The notes: generated by a model from the letters alone, not told the origin. 64,000 bases of DNA from Macrostomum lignano (GCA_002269645.1 NIVC01000359.1:1-64000), one strand, 5' to 3'. Positions 50,237 to 63,679 are shown, counted from the stretch's first letter. A program made the numbers and translations.

Positions 50237-50919
50237 GCCGCAGGCGCTCCGCTGCACCCATTGATCTCTGACGCGGACCGGACTCCCCCCCCCCGACTTG
50301 ATTTCTTGCCTAACTGAAAATTTCGATTTTTCCATCATGCATGTTTTGACCCTAATTTTGAAAAGTATTTTGTCTAGACTTGAGTACACCATAATTATGA
50401 ATGATTGAAGTTTTAATTTTCAAATTATAACTCAGATTTTGGGACTGATCCAGCTAGTCAATAATTAATTTACACACGCGACTTTCTCTGACCTCATTCA
50501 TTAGAAGTAGTATCTAATAGTTTATTTGTAATGTACAAATACATGTAATCACGGCATTTTGCGTATGTTTTCTCGGCCAATGCGTGCAGTACATTTAAAT
50601 CGCATGAGAAGAACGTCCCAGGCCAATTTTTGGTGCACGATCGATCCGAAAATGGCCCCAGGCACGAGAGTCTGAAGCAATTGGTACACATACACGTACT
50701 GCAACGCAAATTAAATATGCCCCCTGCAAGTCTAGCTGCATGACTCGACTCGAGTGTTGAAGTAAGATTCCATTGATTTGGTTTGATTTTAATGAAAGCT
50801 AGCTGTATTTTACCAGTACCTTGTACCTATGCCAAATTATGATTACCTACGCCAGATAGAAAAAAGTCCAATTCTCGCTTGCTTGGCTTGGCGTTCTAGA
50901 AAATGTTTAATTAGGATGG

Positions 50920-51400
50920 TTTTCGCCAAAAAAACACTTTAGAAAGTTAGATAGAAAGTTTTAATTTCTTGAGCACAAAAATTGTTATTGCTTCGATGGA
51001 GGCAGACCCAATGTTCATCTTTCGATATATTTTGACTGTCTTATCCTGTTATATATTATTTCCTGTCCTCTCTGCCTAAAAACACCCATTAAGTGGCACG
51101 GCTCGGCTCATTGGTTTGATGGGTCTATTTTATCATTCTTAGCTGGCGGGGGGGGGGGTCGCCACACACACCAATTTTACCCCAGCTAATGCTGGCACCC
51201 ATTTTAGAACTAAAGCAATGCATGTGTATAGTATGTGTAACAGAGATGATAAAATAGATTTATGAAATTAAACCATAAAGAGTTGAGCTGTGCCATTCCT
51301 TTTTTATTTTTAAGTACATGAAATGTACGTAGATTAAAAAATTAACATTGAATTCTAATTTTCCAGACGAACTACAATAATCTAATCTTCTAAACGAAAA
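50920..51400. mobile_element. Degenerate copy of the CAAGG MITE family, with an internal SINE fragment
   Basis: Shares GCACAAAAATTGTTATTGCTT...GGAGGCAGACCCAATGTTCATC and AATTAACATTGAATTCTAATTTT with 38940-39623; termini not resolved. Confidence 0.6.
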
Positions 51401-52522
51401 CATATATACTGTTTATGGCACATACAGCCGAATGCACTTAGAATCGAATTGCATGTTTCTAAATCTAAAAGCGTCGTCGTTGTAAAATTTCCTCAATATG
51501 TGAAGACAAATAGATAATTTAAGACCGTAACCTTCTAATTGTAGGATTTTACAGTTACTCGAATATTAGATGCTCCTCTAACCATGTGTCATTTCAAGTT
51601 ATAATGCTTAATATAAATAATATCCAGCTAATAATTTTAAGTTCAACTAGTAGAAATCCGCTTCTTAGCCATAGATCTTACTAAAAAGAAATTTTTTTGT
51701 TATAAATTACTGCTTGTATTGAATGTGTGATGCAACGAAACATAAATTCAAATTTTCTTTTCTTCATTGTTAATCGACTCTAGTATATATCCCTTCAAAA
51801 TTTAAGTTTTTAATCGGGTTAAATCCCCATTTAAAACATTTTAATCATGGCTTTCATTCATGGGCAAGCAACTTGCTAAGAAGCAGAAAATTTTTGCTGT
51901 TTTTGCAATTCCATTTCGCCCTGTGCCAGTCACTAACCAAGAAATACTATTCAACAAGCATCAAGTTGAAGCGGGGAGCCAAATCTACGAAGTAAATAAT
52001 TTCTTCGGTGACTCGAGTCACGCGTCTCTCGGCCCTCATTTTGTACGAGTAAGTATTCCTGTGTATAATCTAAAACCTTAGATCATGTTCTATCAATTTG
52101 TAATATTTGTAAGGAACAAATTTCAATAGGCCTAATAAGCAAAGGCCTAGGCTTTACCTACTATATTATAGAACTCTAATGTTACTAATGTTAGGGCCTT
52201 CAGTGAGATTTTTTATTTAAAAAATAGGCCCTTTAGAATATTTGTATTTAATCATATAGATCTTGTTGAGAGGTTTTAAAAATGTTTAGTTCATAAAAAT
52301 CAGTCTAAGTTAAGAATAAAAAAGTTAAAACCATTTGGCATTTTCCAAGATTTTTTTGATTTTGTAGTGTATTTTTCCTAGGCCCTATAAGCCTGAGGGA
52401 CTGGGATCTGTTAAGGTAAACTAAATTAAAATATTTGTATATTATTATTACTGCCTATCACATAATCTTTATATTTTTTGCTTTTTATATAGGCCTATTT
52501 ACTACTAATGTCCCATAGGCCA

Positions 52523-54534
52523 CCATAGTCAGGAAGGTGGCACAGTGTGCGCTGGAATAATTTTTTGGGACGATTTGTGTGCCGTCTATGTGCCATTTGT
52601 GCACTGTCTGTGCGCCACTCTTCATGAGTAGAGTTTTCTAAGAAAGGCCTTCATACGAAAAGCCTTTTTAAAATGTTACGCATATTTTCATTTTAAACAA
52701 ACTTAAATTATACCTACAAATAGAGTAATGCCAAATTGACATTTTTAGCAATAATTCATACTAATTTTATTTATTGTTAATTTTAAAGAAGCAAAAAGTT
52801 TATCACTGACTTTCTAGACTATATAAATTTATTTAGTCTAGTTTTTTATTTTATGTGAAATTGTTAATTTGCATTAAAATTTTCATGCATGTCAGGGACC
52901 TTATGCGCCGCAATTATGCGCTGCATGCGCTAGGGACTTCAGTATGTGCCATGATTGTGCACCAAGTGCGCCAAGGACCCTTTGTGTGTGTTGCACTTAT
53001 GCGCCAATGTGCACTGAGACCCTTTGTGTACGTGGGAAATTTCCCCCTCAGAGTAGGGGGCGACCGGGATGGCCAAAGTCGGGCACGGGTCGGGCCTGGG
53101 AATGAGGACTTGGGCCCGGGTCGGGCCTTGGGAATTCGGGACAAGATCTTTAGGACAGCTCAATAATTGGAAAAAAATCATAATAAATCTTAATACTTTT
53201 AGCATATGTGGATTACTTTTAAATATATAATAAATATATGAATATATTAAATCTAATATAATATATTAAATGTGTAATAAATATATGATAAACATTAAAT
53301 ATATTATAATTTATAAATATATTAAATATATAATAATATATAAATATAATAAATATAATATATTATATTAAGTATATATTAAATATATAATAAATATTAT
53401 TATTATTTAATACATTAGTTAAGACTTCAGAATAGATAAGAGTTACATTAAAAGACTTAATACTCAAATATCAATATATACAATAGTTTAAATTCAGTGT
53501 CACTATGTGGCACAAGTACTGTGTGTGTGCCAGTGACAGTGACATTAACAGGCAGTGAGGTAGGCAAGCAGGCACTGCGGCAGTGCGGCTGGCACTGGCA
53601 GTGGCAGTAAGCAAAAAGAAAAAAAGCTGAAGCATTAAGTGTAAGGCACTTGGCATTGGAAGCAGTAAGGAAGTAAGAACCAAATCAATTGATTGATTCT
53701 TTTATTTGAATTTTTAGTTCCTTTACATAGCTTCAATGTAAAGAGCCATGTACACAGTCAGTATTCAGTAAGACAACAAGACAAGACAACAGAACAGAAC
53801 ACAAGTGAAGTGACAACACAACACAACACTCAACTGTCTCAACAGAACAGGCAAACAGACAATGGAAATACAAGTAATTAGCTGATACCTGCCTACCTGC
53901 TCACCTACCAACCTAAACGAATATGATTACGAATACGATACTATGAGTCTACGACTACGACTACCTACGAATACGATACAAATATGAACACAATTACAAA
54001 CTCTGATAGATAGCAAACTTCTTGGAAAAATGGTTGCCTTGGCCCTTAATAGGTACTTCTTGGAATGTAAATAGGAAATGTTATTTACAAAAGCTTAAAA
54101 ATGACAAATCAACTTTTTAAAGAATCATATTTTTGCTTTTAGGCTGCAGCCTGCAGCGTGTAAAGTGGAATCAATATTGCAAAAAAGTTTTGCAAAACTA
54201 TGTTTTAATTTTATCTTCCTGGAAAAAATCCGATCTTCCTGGAAAGTGGAAACTGGCTGTGGCTGACGCTCACAGTTGCAGACAGTTGCAGTTGCAGTTG
54301 CATTTTCCTGGGGCTGGAATTAAAGGTAAATTAGTGTGAATGTGTTGAAAAATAATTTTATTCTTATTCGCACGCGGTTAGTGCCTTTAAGGAAAAAAGA
54401 CTTGTCCCGATTTCCCGACTTTTTTAGGGTTGGGCCCGGGCCCAGGTTGGGCCACGATTTTGGTCGGGATTCCCGACTTTTTGGGCCCGGGACTGGGTCG
54501 CCCCCTACCTCAGAGGCCACCTTCCTGACTATAG
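52523..54534. mobile_element. ~550-bp CCATAGTC-family MITE (outer element) carrying a nested hAT
   Basis: 19-bp TIR CCATAGTCAGGAAGGTGGC / GCCACCTTCCTGACTATAG; perfect 8-bp TSD ATAGGCCA (52515-52522, 54535-54542). Confidence 0.88.
53054..54507. mobile_element. 1454-bp non-autonomous hAT element (inner)
   Basis: TIR TAGGGGGCGACC / GGTCGCCCCCTA with GC-rich subterminal motifs; perfect 8-bp TSD CCTCAGAG (53046-53053, 54508-54515). Confidence 0.92.
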
Positions 54535-56067
54535 ATAGGCCATAGGCCATAGTTAGGAGGTGACATGTATGATGTATGCCACACTCCAGATCATATAGTA
54601 TATGCCCAAAAATTTGGATGTGCATTGGCCTTGCACACCAAAAGTAGACATATACAAATGGTGTGTATCACTCCTAAGAATATAGTAAGTGTGCATACCT
54701 AGCATGTACTTCATAGAATCACATAGAAAAGTTATTGTGAAGTAGAAAAGTGATAAAAAAGTTCATTTTTAAGCATAAATTTCAAGCTTTCCCGTTTTTT
54801 AAGCTTGTAATTAAACATTTAAACAATATTTGCATGTATTGATTTTCAAATATAAAAATATCATTGAAAAAGTAGAAAAAATTAACTAAATAATTTGCCA
54901 AGAAGGGTCTATTATGCAATTCAGAAAAGGTCATTTATTGTTGCAACACTTGCATAGTTTTGAGAATTGGCATGCATTTAATTTTTTCTGCATGCTGCAT
55001 GGTCTCATAGTTAAGCATATAGACATATATGCTAGGATTTCGTAGTATACAACAAGGGCACTTGCTATTTTTAGCATACATAAGCATATATCCCAGCATA
55101 CATGACAGTAAAAATTTTTTGGCTTAGATCTATGGCATATTTGCATATATGTGGATCAAATGGATCAAATAAAGTGACCTTATATAAAATATGCTACATA
55201 CAACACTATCAACATATATTCATGAAACAAGAAAAAAATTTAAACTTTGTACTCTAAAAAAACTAATTTTTTTCTCAATTTTTAGCAAATAATAATATTT
55301 AAAGTACTTCTTTTATAATTATCTTTTCTCAATGCATGTTGCATAAGTGTATACTTTTTTAGTTTGTTACTTTGCAATCTGCATGAAAAATAAATTCAAG
55401 AATGAAAAAAAACTGTATGCCCTACAACTTTGGCATATATTAGTTTAAAGCTTTTTAAGTCCTGGCATACAAATGTGGTCCTATACTTCCCCTATCAGAC
55501 TTAGCATACAATAATACACAATCCAAACTATTCCTAATGTCTAATGATTTTTTGGTATAATTTTAATTTGTTGTATTAAAATATTAAAAAACTAAATATT
55601 AAAAATAAAGAAAAAAACTAATAAAATTTAATGTAGGCCTAGTCAAAAATCAATAATACTCATAGTAGGCAACCCAGTATATAAATTTGCCAAATGATTT
55701 CTCTAGGAAAAGATAGTATTAAAGATACTTATTCAGATAAGTTTCAAACAATGCATTATTGTTTCACACACCATAATCAAGATCATGGCATGTATATGCT
55801 GGAACAAATCTGATAAAAAAAGTTTGATTGACCTGTGCGCTGGAACAAATCCTATCAAAAAATTTGCTTGTGCCATGCACAAGAACTACTTCTAACAAAA
55901 AAGTTTGCTCACACAATATATTGCTACTTTTTGAAAAATGCAAAAATCAGTAATTTTCTATTTAAAAAATATAGGTAAAGCTTATAATGTTAATGTATAT
56001 TAATTAAGAAAACATCAATACACTGGCAAAAAAGTGCTAGTAAAAAGAATAGCATGCTAATTTTCTG

Positions 56068-56390
56068 TCATAGAAAATATTGTCTTGGCAAATGTTTTGT
56101 TTTGCACCAGATTGTGCCATTTTTTGTCTTGCGCCATACTATGCCAGATTTTTCTCCCTTTCCTACTGTTGCAATGGAATGTGCTGGTGTGGTGCACATC
56201 CAGCTCCCTTTTGTGCCAGAATTTTCCATGAAAAAGGCCATCTTCCTGACTATGTATGGGTCATACATCCTCTGGAATTTGTCCTTCACATGTGCTGAAA
56301 ATCCTTCAATGGTATTAGTGCTCTCAGTATTATTGTTGGGGTCCACATAGTGCAGGCAGCCAGCCACCTGTCAAAATTCACCAGTTAGGC
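56068..56390 (-). pseudogene. Merlin / IS1595 (ISXO2-like) transposase fragment
   Basis: LHYVDPNNNTESTNTIEGFSAHVKDKFQRMY matches the remembered H.FVDP.TG.HTNTIEG.W..VK motif of IS1595-family transposases. Confidence 0.6.
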
Positions 56391-57432
56391 TAAAAGTGAA
56401 GAAAAATTATTAAAATAATTTATTGTAGCAAACAAGAACTATGCTGATTTTTTCTCTATTTTACTTTTTTAGTCTTATATTATGGGACCACTATAGGCTA
56501 TAATAAATGATGAAATTGATTTCATACCTATCAATAAACCATTTTTTGTCGTATTAACAAAAAATTTACTTAATAACAATAAATTTACTTAAAAATTCTT
56601 TTTAGTTAAAATATATATTTGAATTTATTGGTAGGTATTAAAGAATTGCCAGTTTTTTAAAGCACAAAGTACATAAATTTTAAAAAAATTATCTATTATA
56701 AAAAATCCATAAATTTAGTTTTCATTTCTTCTTCTATAAATAGCCGAGCTGCTGAACAACTAGAAGTTTATTGTTATTAGTAGTTGATTTGCAATATAAA
56801 GGCTTTGTTATATTTAAATTTCAATCGAAGCATAAATGTATACCATATATTAATATACACATGTAAGGCTCATATATTATTGTATTATAGTCTTCTATTG
56901 TATAACTAACCCCTTGCCATAATGCATGGCTATTGCCATGAACAAAAACTTACATCTGTTAGAAAAAATCACATCAGCATTGAAGCTTATTTTAATATTT
57001 TTTACCTGGTTAATTCAATACTTAAATACAATTCTAAAATTATTTTACTGTTATTTTTATTGCACCTGCAGCTCCGCCAACTCAGTAGCCACCTGTGCAG
57101 CACCCAGCACTGGTCCCAAGCCGAGGCAGAAGCTGGCCAAGAGGCGCAGTGCCATCATCTCAATAACAGCAAGCGCCAGCAACAGCAGCTATTGCCGCAG
57201 CAGCAGCCTCAGAAGCAGCCGCAGCAGCAAAAGCAACTAGAAGCAGCAACATGCATACTGCCTGTTAACCTAGCAGCTGTCGAATTTTCGACAGACCGCC
57301 AATATTTTGGCAGCAAGCCAAAGTTCGCGGAACAGCAACTCGAACAGAAGAGTATTAATCAACATCGAATATTAATCCGACGAATTCTGCTCTATTATCA
57401 TTATCTGCTTTCGGAAGCAGCAATTAACAACA

Positions 57433-59217
57433 ATGACAGATTGTGTGGATACCGCCGCTGCCACAGAAGCGGCCGCCGAGCACGAATCCGCAGGCTGGTT
57501 CGGCGCCTGCCCGCCCGAGCTGCTGCTTCGAATCCTGGGCCGCCTGGACCTGCTCTCCCTGCTGCGCCTTGGCAACACCTGCCGGCTGCTCCAGCGCCAC
57601 TGCCGCGACCCCCTGCTGTACACGGAGCTCCGGCTTCGCCCGCACTCCATCCGGGTGTGCGACGCCAGCCTGTCTGTGCTGGAGCATCGCACCGGCTGCC
57701 TGACTGGACTTGACATGTCCTGGTGCGGCACTGACGGCGCCATCAGCCCCGGCTCCTTCTGCCGCCTGTTGCTAGGCACCTGTTTGCTCACCGATTTGCG
57801 TTTGGCCAATTGTAAATTTCTTGACGACGCCTGCCTAGCCGCTATCGGGTCGCACTGTCGCTCTCTGACTGGTAAGCTTTTTGTGAAGCTGTTTTGCTTT
57901 TGATGCGTTCTGCTTTAAGTAGATAAGAAGGAAAGTAAGTAGGCTTGTGGCCAAGTTGGTTGGGTTTTAAACCGAAATATTCGCTGCTATAACCCTAGAA
58001 AATCAATATTTAAAAGTGGGTTACGGCGCGAGTAACTATTTATGTATTTAAATAGTGCGATGCCTCGCCATCTTATTAGTTTCTGCAATCACTCCGTTTA
58101 TCCCCCACCCAGATTTGGATCTCTCGGGCTGCGCCTCGCCGGCCACCGAGTCCGGCTTCGCCTCTCTGTCTGTCGGCCTCACTCGCCTTGAACGACTCGA
58201 CCTGAGCCGCTCCGGTGTTGGCCAGGCCGCCCTGCTCGATATTATCGCTGCTAATCCTGGCCTACTGCGTCTCCGCCTGAGCTCCTGCGCTCGCGTAGCC
58301 GACTTCAATCCGGTGGCCGAGGCGCTGGCCCGCCATTGTCCGAATCTGCGATCCGTGGACTTCTGGCGCAGCGGCAGTTTAAGCAGCCGCGGACTCCTGC
58401 AGCTGGCCGAGGGCTGCGCTATGCTGGAGGAGCTCGACCTGGGCTGGTGCTCCCGGGTGGAGTCCAGCTCCGGCTGCTTCCTGCGCCTCGCCAGCCAGTG
58501 CTGCAATCTGCGCAAGCTTTTTCTCACCGCTAATAGGTCAGTCTTGCTGAACTGCGTCTCTGTTAGTTTCTCCTTTGTTTTTATCTACCCTTCTCTCCCC
58601 AGATCTCACCCTACCCGCCCTTATTCTCTCCCCAGATCTCACCCTACCCGCCCTTATTCTCTCCCCAAATCTCATCCTACCCGCCCTTATTCTCTCCCCA
58701 AATCTCACCCTACCCGCCCCTTTTCTCTCCCCAGATCTCACCCTACCCGCCCTTATTCTCTCCCCAAATCTCACCCTACCCGCCCCTTTTCTCTCCCCAG
58801 ATCTCACCCTACCCGCCCTTATTCTCTCCCCAAATCTCACCCTACCCGCCCTTATTCTCTCCCTAAATCTCACCCTACCCGCCCCTTTTCTCTCCCCAGA
58901 TCTCACCCTACCCGCCCTTATTCTCTCCCCAGATCTCAGCCATCCGCCCTACTCTCCGCAGAACGGTATGCGACACGGACCTGAAGGCCATAGCCCTGCA
59001 CTGCAAGCAGCTGCAGCAGCTGGACATTCTCGGCACCAACCAGGTGACATTCAACATCCTGATCGAGGTGCTGCAGTCCTGCCCGAAGCTGGAGCTGTTC
59101 GACGTCAGTTTCTGCGCGGGCATCAACAAGGACAAGGTGCACCAGATGCGGCATTCGTTTCCGCACTGCTCAATCCAGATGAGCTTTCAGGCCGAGAGCT
59201 GCATGGTTCGGGCCTAG
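57433..59217 (+). CDS. FBXL4: F-box/LRR protein 4 ortholog, 372 aa, 3 exons (57433-57871, 58113-58536, 58962-59217)
   Basis: GWFGACPPELLLRIL...CRDPLLY, LDMSWCG..G.IS, LEELDLGWC....SSSGCF.RLA, LRKLFLTANR.VCDTD, LQQLDILGT, LFDVSFC and a terminal I.MSF, all colinear with FBXL4 as remembered. Confidence 0.9.
58591..58935. repeat. 33-bp minisatellite (CTCTCCCCAGATCTCACCCTACCCGCCCTTATT)n, FBXL4 intron 2
   Basis: About 10 units. Confidence 0.95.
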
Positions 59218-60309
59218 GGTTTTGGGGGCCGATTCAGTGTATCTGGTGTAGGGACAAATTTGCCCATTTGATATAAACAAATTAGTTTTTAAAAAGTAAA
59301 AAATGGTAAGTAGAATTCGAATACTTTCCAGGCGTCTTGAACAATAACATTTTTCCTTGTTTATCCAGTTTGAAATACGAGCTACAAGACAGAATATACA
59401 CTTAATGCTCAATAATGGTTTATACTACAAAAAGAATTAAAATTCACACAGCCTACTTGCTCTGTGAAATCTCTCAGTAGTTCCTGACGGCTATGCCTAA
59501 TTAATGTTTTCTTCAAGATGAGGATAGCTACTAGTTAAAAACATAATTAGTATGCAAAAAGGCAATATTGAGCGTTCTGAGTATATTCTGTTGGATATAA
59601 AATTCTCATTGTAAAGGCGTGTTTCCACAAGTAGCAACTGATGACTGATGACTTTATCAGCGGATAAACTGGCTATATATAGATGCGCATTATTTTCCCC
59701 CTAATATATATGTTTTTTGTTTGAAATTTAGTTCTAACAACATCAAACTCTTCTCGGTAGAAATGTTTGCATAGCCATTACAAAACATAGATAACTTGAT
59801 TAACCTTTTTGTGTTTTATTACACAATTAGCAACCCTCTAGTGGTACACAAGATAAATAAACAAATTTCATCAAGGCTTTTTTTCTTCTGTTCCTATAGT
59901 TTAACACCTTTCTTGGTTCCAACAGTTTTTGTCATTTCTATCTTATAGTTACTACGATATAGTTTATGTAGTTGCAAAAGGGACGGATACAGACGCAAAA
60001 AGTGCATTTTTATCTTTTAAAAGAATCTGAGAAATTTTTTGGACACAAATCACAGCTCATGGTGATAAAAATTTCGAATAGAATAATAGAGCAAAGTATT
60101 TTGAGTACAGGAACAGAGGAATGCTTGTTCAATGTTGAAAATGTTCACAATCTGTGCATAACATCGTAAAAACATTGAGAAAATGTGCAGACAAAGTAAA
60201 TTTGATCAACCTGTTTCGCCTTGGGATTTCTTATAAAAGTATCCGTTGTTACTACAGAGCAAAATTTTTTTTTTCCATTGTAAGAGTTCCCGGTAAATTG
60301 GGCGTTTAG

Positions 60310-61412
60310 GGAGGCTTAGACTAAGACGGGCTCTTTATTGAGGCTTAGACAGGCTCTTCAGGGAGGCCTAGACAGGTTCTTCAATGAGGCTTAGACAGGC
60401 TCTTCAGGGAGGCCTAGACAGGTTCTTCAATGAGGCTTAGACAGGCTCTTCAGGGAGGCCTAGACAGGTTCTTCAATGAGGCTTAGACAGGCTCTTCAGG
60501 GAGGCCTAGACAGGTTCTTCAATGAGGCTTAGACAGGCTCTTCAGGGAGGCCTAGACAGGTTCTTCAAGGAGGCTTAGACAGGCTCTTCAATGAGGCTTA
60601 GACAGGCTCTTCAATGAGGCTAGACAGGCTCTTCAATGAGGCTTAGACAGGCTCTTCAATGAGGCTTAGACAGGCTCTTCAATGAGGCTTAGACAGGCTC
60701 TTCAATGAGGCTTAGACAGGCTCTTCAAGGAGGCTTAAACAGGCTCTTCAAGGAGGCTTAGACAGGCTCTTCAATGAGGCTTAGACAGGCTCTTCAATGA
60801 GGCTTAGACAGGCTCTTCAATGAGGCTTAGACAGGCTCTTCAATGAGGCTTAGACAGGCTCTTCAATGAGGCTTAGACTAAGACGGGCTCTTTATTGAGG
60901 CTTAGACAGGCTCTTCAGGGAGGCCTAGACAGGTTCTTCAATGAGGCTTAGACAGGCTCTTCAATGAGGCTTAGACAGGCTCTTCAATGAGGCTTAGACA
61001 GGCTCTTCAATGAGGCTTAGACAGGCTCTTCAATGAGGCTTGGACAGGCTCTTCAAGGAGGCTTAGACAGGCTCTTCAAGGAGGCTTAGACAGGCTCTTC
61101 AAGGAGGCTTAGACAGGCTCTTCAAGGAGGCTTAGACAGGCTCTTCAATGAGGCTTAGACAGGCTCTTCAAGGAGGCTTAGACAGGCTCTTCAAGGAGGC
61201 TTAGACAGGCTCTTCAATGAGGCTTAGACAGGCTCTTCAATGAGGCTTAGACAGGCTCTTCAATGAGGCTTAGACAGGCTCTTCAAGGAGGCTTAGACAG
61301 GCTCTTCAATGAGGCTTAGACAGGCTCTTCAAGGAGGCTTAGACAGGCTCTTCAATGAGGCTTAGACAGGCTCTTCAAGGAGGCTTAGACAGGCTCTTCG
61401 GGAGGCTTAGAC
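60310..61412. repeat. 23-bp minisatellite (AGGCTTAGACAGGCTCTTCAATG)n between FBXL4 and BBS1
   Basis: About 47 units, with alternating 46-bp higher-order pairs at the 5' end. Confidence 0.95.
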
Positions 61413-61526
61413 AGTTTGGATAAAAGGGTGTACACGTAGACCATATGTTCGGACGGCCTATCAGGAAGGAAGGGTTCAGCCAATGTAAAAAAACTCGAGT
61501 ACAGTTTAAACTCCGCCGCCGGTCGG

Positions 61527-63588
61527 TCACACAACAAATGACTCGCTGACCGGCATATTGACAACGCCAGTGACTAGCGGCGAATCGTTGTCCCGCTTCA
61601 ATATGTACACCTTGATTGCGTCAGCTATGCCTTTGTCTGTCAGGCATTCCACTATGGTTGAGAAGTTGTAGGTTAATCCGGGCACCAGGTAGGGTACCTG
61701 AAACAGTTTTCGGCAGCGTTCGGTGAGACACTTGATTGGGAATTCAGTTTCTTGTAGACTAGTGAGAGTTCTAATGAGAATTTTAAAGACAATAATGCAC
61801 TCAAGATTATTTAAGATACTCAACAACTAATGAGACTCTAGGGCTACTTGTGAGATACTTAAGGACTATTCGGGATAAACTCGAGGACTCTTTATAGAAT
61901 ACTCAGACTATTAGGAGATACTCAAGTACTACACAGGAGATAGTCAATGGCTACTTATGACATACTTAGGGACAGCTAAGGAGATACTCGGGTGCTACAC
62001 AGGAAGGACACACTCAGGCAGAGAGCTCACAGGAATGTAGACCTTCTCCAGCCTATACAGCAGTCCATCGTAGGCAAACGAGATGCCCAGCCCGGCAATA
62101 GCGGTGGTGAGGCTGGCATTCTGCAGGCCAACAGTCAGCCTGAACACGGGGCCGACGCCTTGCACAGTGCAAGCCAGCTTAACCGGGTCCTCCTTGCTGG
62201 CGCTGATTGGCGTGGCCTTGGTCTCCAACGCCTGCACGTAGTTCTCTGCCGTCATCAGCCGCAGCCTGTAGAGGTCGTGCAGAAATTGTCGATGCATCGA
62301 CACGGCGCAGTCGCGTTCGCGCAGCGTCTGATCAACGAATAGGCGAGTCTTCTTGGGCAGCGGCAGCCGGCTGAACTGCTTGGCTGGCGGGCCGCCCACT
62401 CCGCCGGCGCCATCAACGAATTTGGCGCTGCGCTTCAGAATGTAGATTGCCAAGCCGCCGGATCTGCCCACGGTAACTAGGGTGGCCTCTTCGCGTCCGT
62501 AGCGACCGAATCGAATCCCCGTGACAACGTCCTCGGTGACTAATCTGTCTACCTCGAGTTTGTCCTTGTACACACACACGGTATTGTTATCCATGGCTAC
62601 TAAAGCAGCGTTGAAGCCTTTGGATGGCAGGCTGAGCGGCGCCAGGGCGGTGACACCGGCGGGCAGGGCGGCGCGCCAGAGCTCTTTGCCCTTGGTTGAG
62701 TAGCCCGATAGCTGCCTGTCCATGGTGGCCACGACTATGTGCTTGTCAACCCTGATCATGCCTACGGCTGAGGCGCGCAGTCTGATGCCTGGGGCACGGG
62801 TATCAGAGAGGGGGTGTTCGTTACTATGCAATTACGCTCGTAACTTGCCCAACAAAGATTCCCAAGGCTGTCAATAAGGATTCCCGGGCTGCCAACAAAG
62901 ATCCTCTGGCTGCCAACAAAGATTGCCCTGGCTGCCAACAAAGATTCCCCAGACTGCCAACAAAGATTCCTCTGGCTGCCAACAAAGATTCCTCTGGCTA
63001 CCAACAAAGATTCCCCGGACTGCCAACAAAGATTCCTCTGGTTGCCAACAAAGATTCCCATGGCTACCAACAGATTCCCCAAGCCAGATTTCCCAGGCCA
63101 GCATACCCTGTGTGGCCTCCTTGGCGCCCCGCCGCAGCTGATAGATGACGCCGTCCCGGCAGGCGGCCACAATCCGATAGTCCACATCAAACAGGCCAGA
63201 TGAGCACAGAAACACGGGAGGCGAGGGCAGCTGCATTTTAGCCAGCACAGTGAAGGCCTGCGGATCCAGCACCTGCACCTGGCAGGCCTCAGTGCCCATC
63301 ACCAAGCAGCTGATCGCGTCCTCCTCGCTGTGCGACTTCTTTAACGTGTCCAAGGCGGTCACCACGCTCAGCCGGCGGAGAGGGGCGGTTTTGTAGGCCT
63401 CAACGAATTCCTGCAGCTGGTCGGGGTGCAGTGCTAGCAGCCGCTGCGACCTACCCGTGATGCTGGCGCCCTGGTTTCGAAGATCTTCGATGATGCCGCG
63501 CACCTGGACGGCGGAGGCGCGACCTTCCCGGGCCGCCGCCCAGATCTCCTCCTCCAGGGGGTGCAGATCCAGTGGCGGTAGGGTGAAC
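61527..63588 (-). CDS. BBS1: Bardet-Biedl syndrome 1 protein, last three exons (63588-63107, 62788-62031, 61697-61527); 5' exons outside the window
   Basis: TLKKSHSEEDAISCLVMGTE, LDPQAFTVLAKMQLPSPPVFL, RFGRYGREEATL, KKTRLFVDQTLRER, VPYLVPGLTY, NMPVSE; phase-consistent GT-AG introns. Confidence 0.96.
62847..63075. repeat. 22-bp minisatellite (CTGCCAACAAAGATTCCTCTGG)n, BBS1 intron
   Basis: About 10 units. Confidence 0.93.
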
Positions 63589-63679
63589 CTGCCGGGATGT
63601 TGATGTAGAAATTCATCAACCAAAACCACTCAAAGTTACAGGCTTTTTAATTTTCGACTGAGCTTGTTCATTTAGAGTA

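Noticed and set aside
56922-57713. 263-aa Gln-rich ORF as an independent gene
   Set aside because: Its 5' part is AT-rich and non-coding-like, and its 3' part is an off-frame reading of FBXL4. Mentioned only as a possible uORF.
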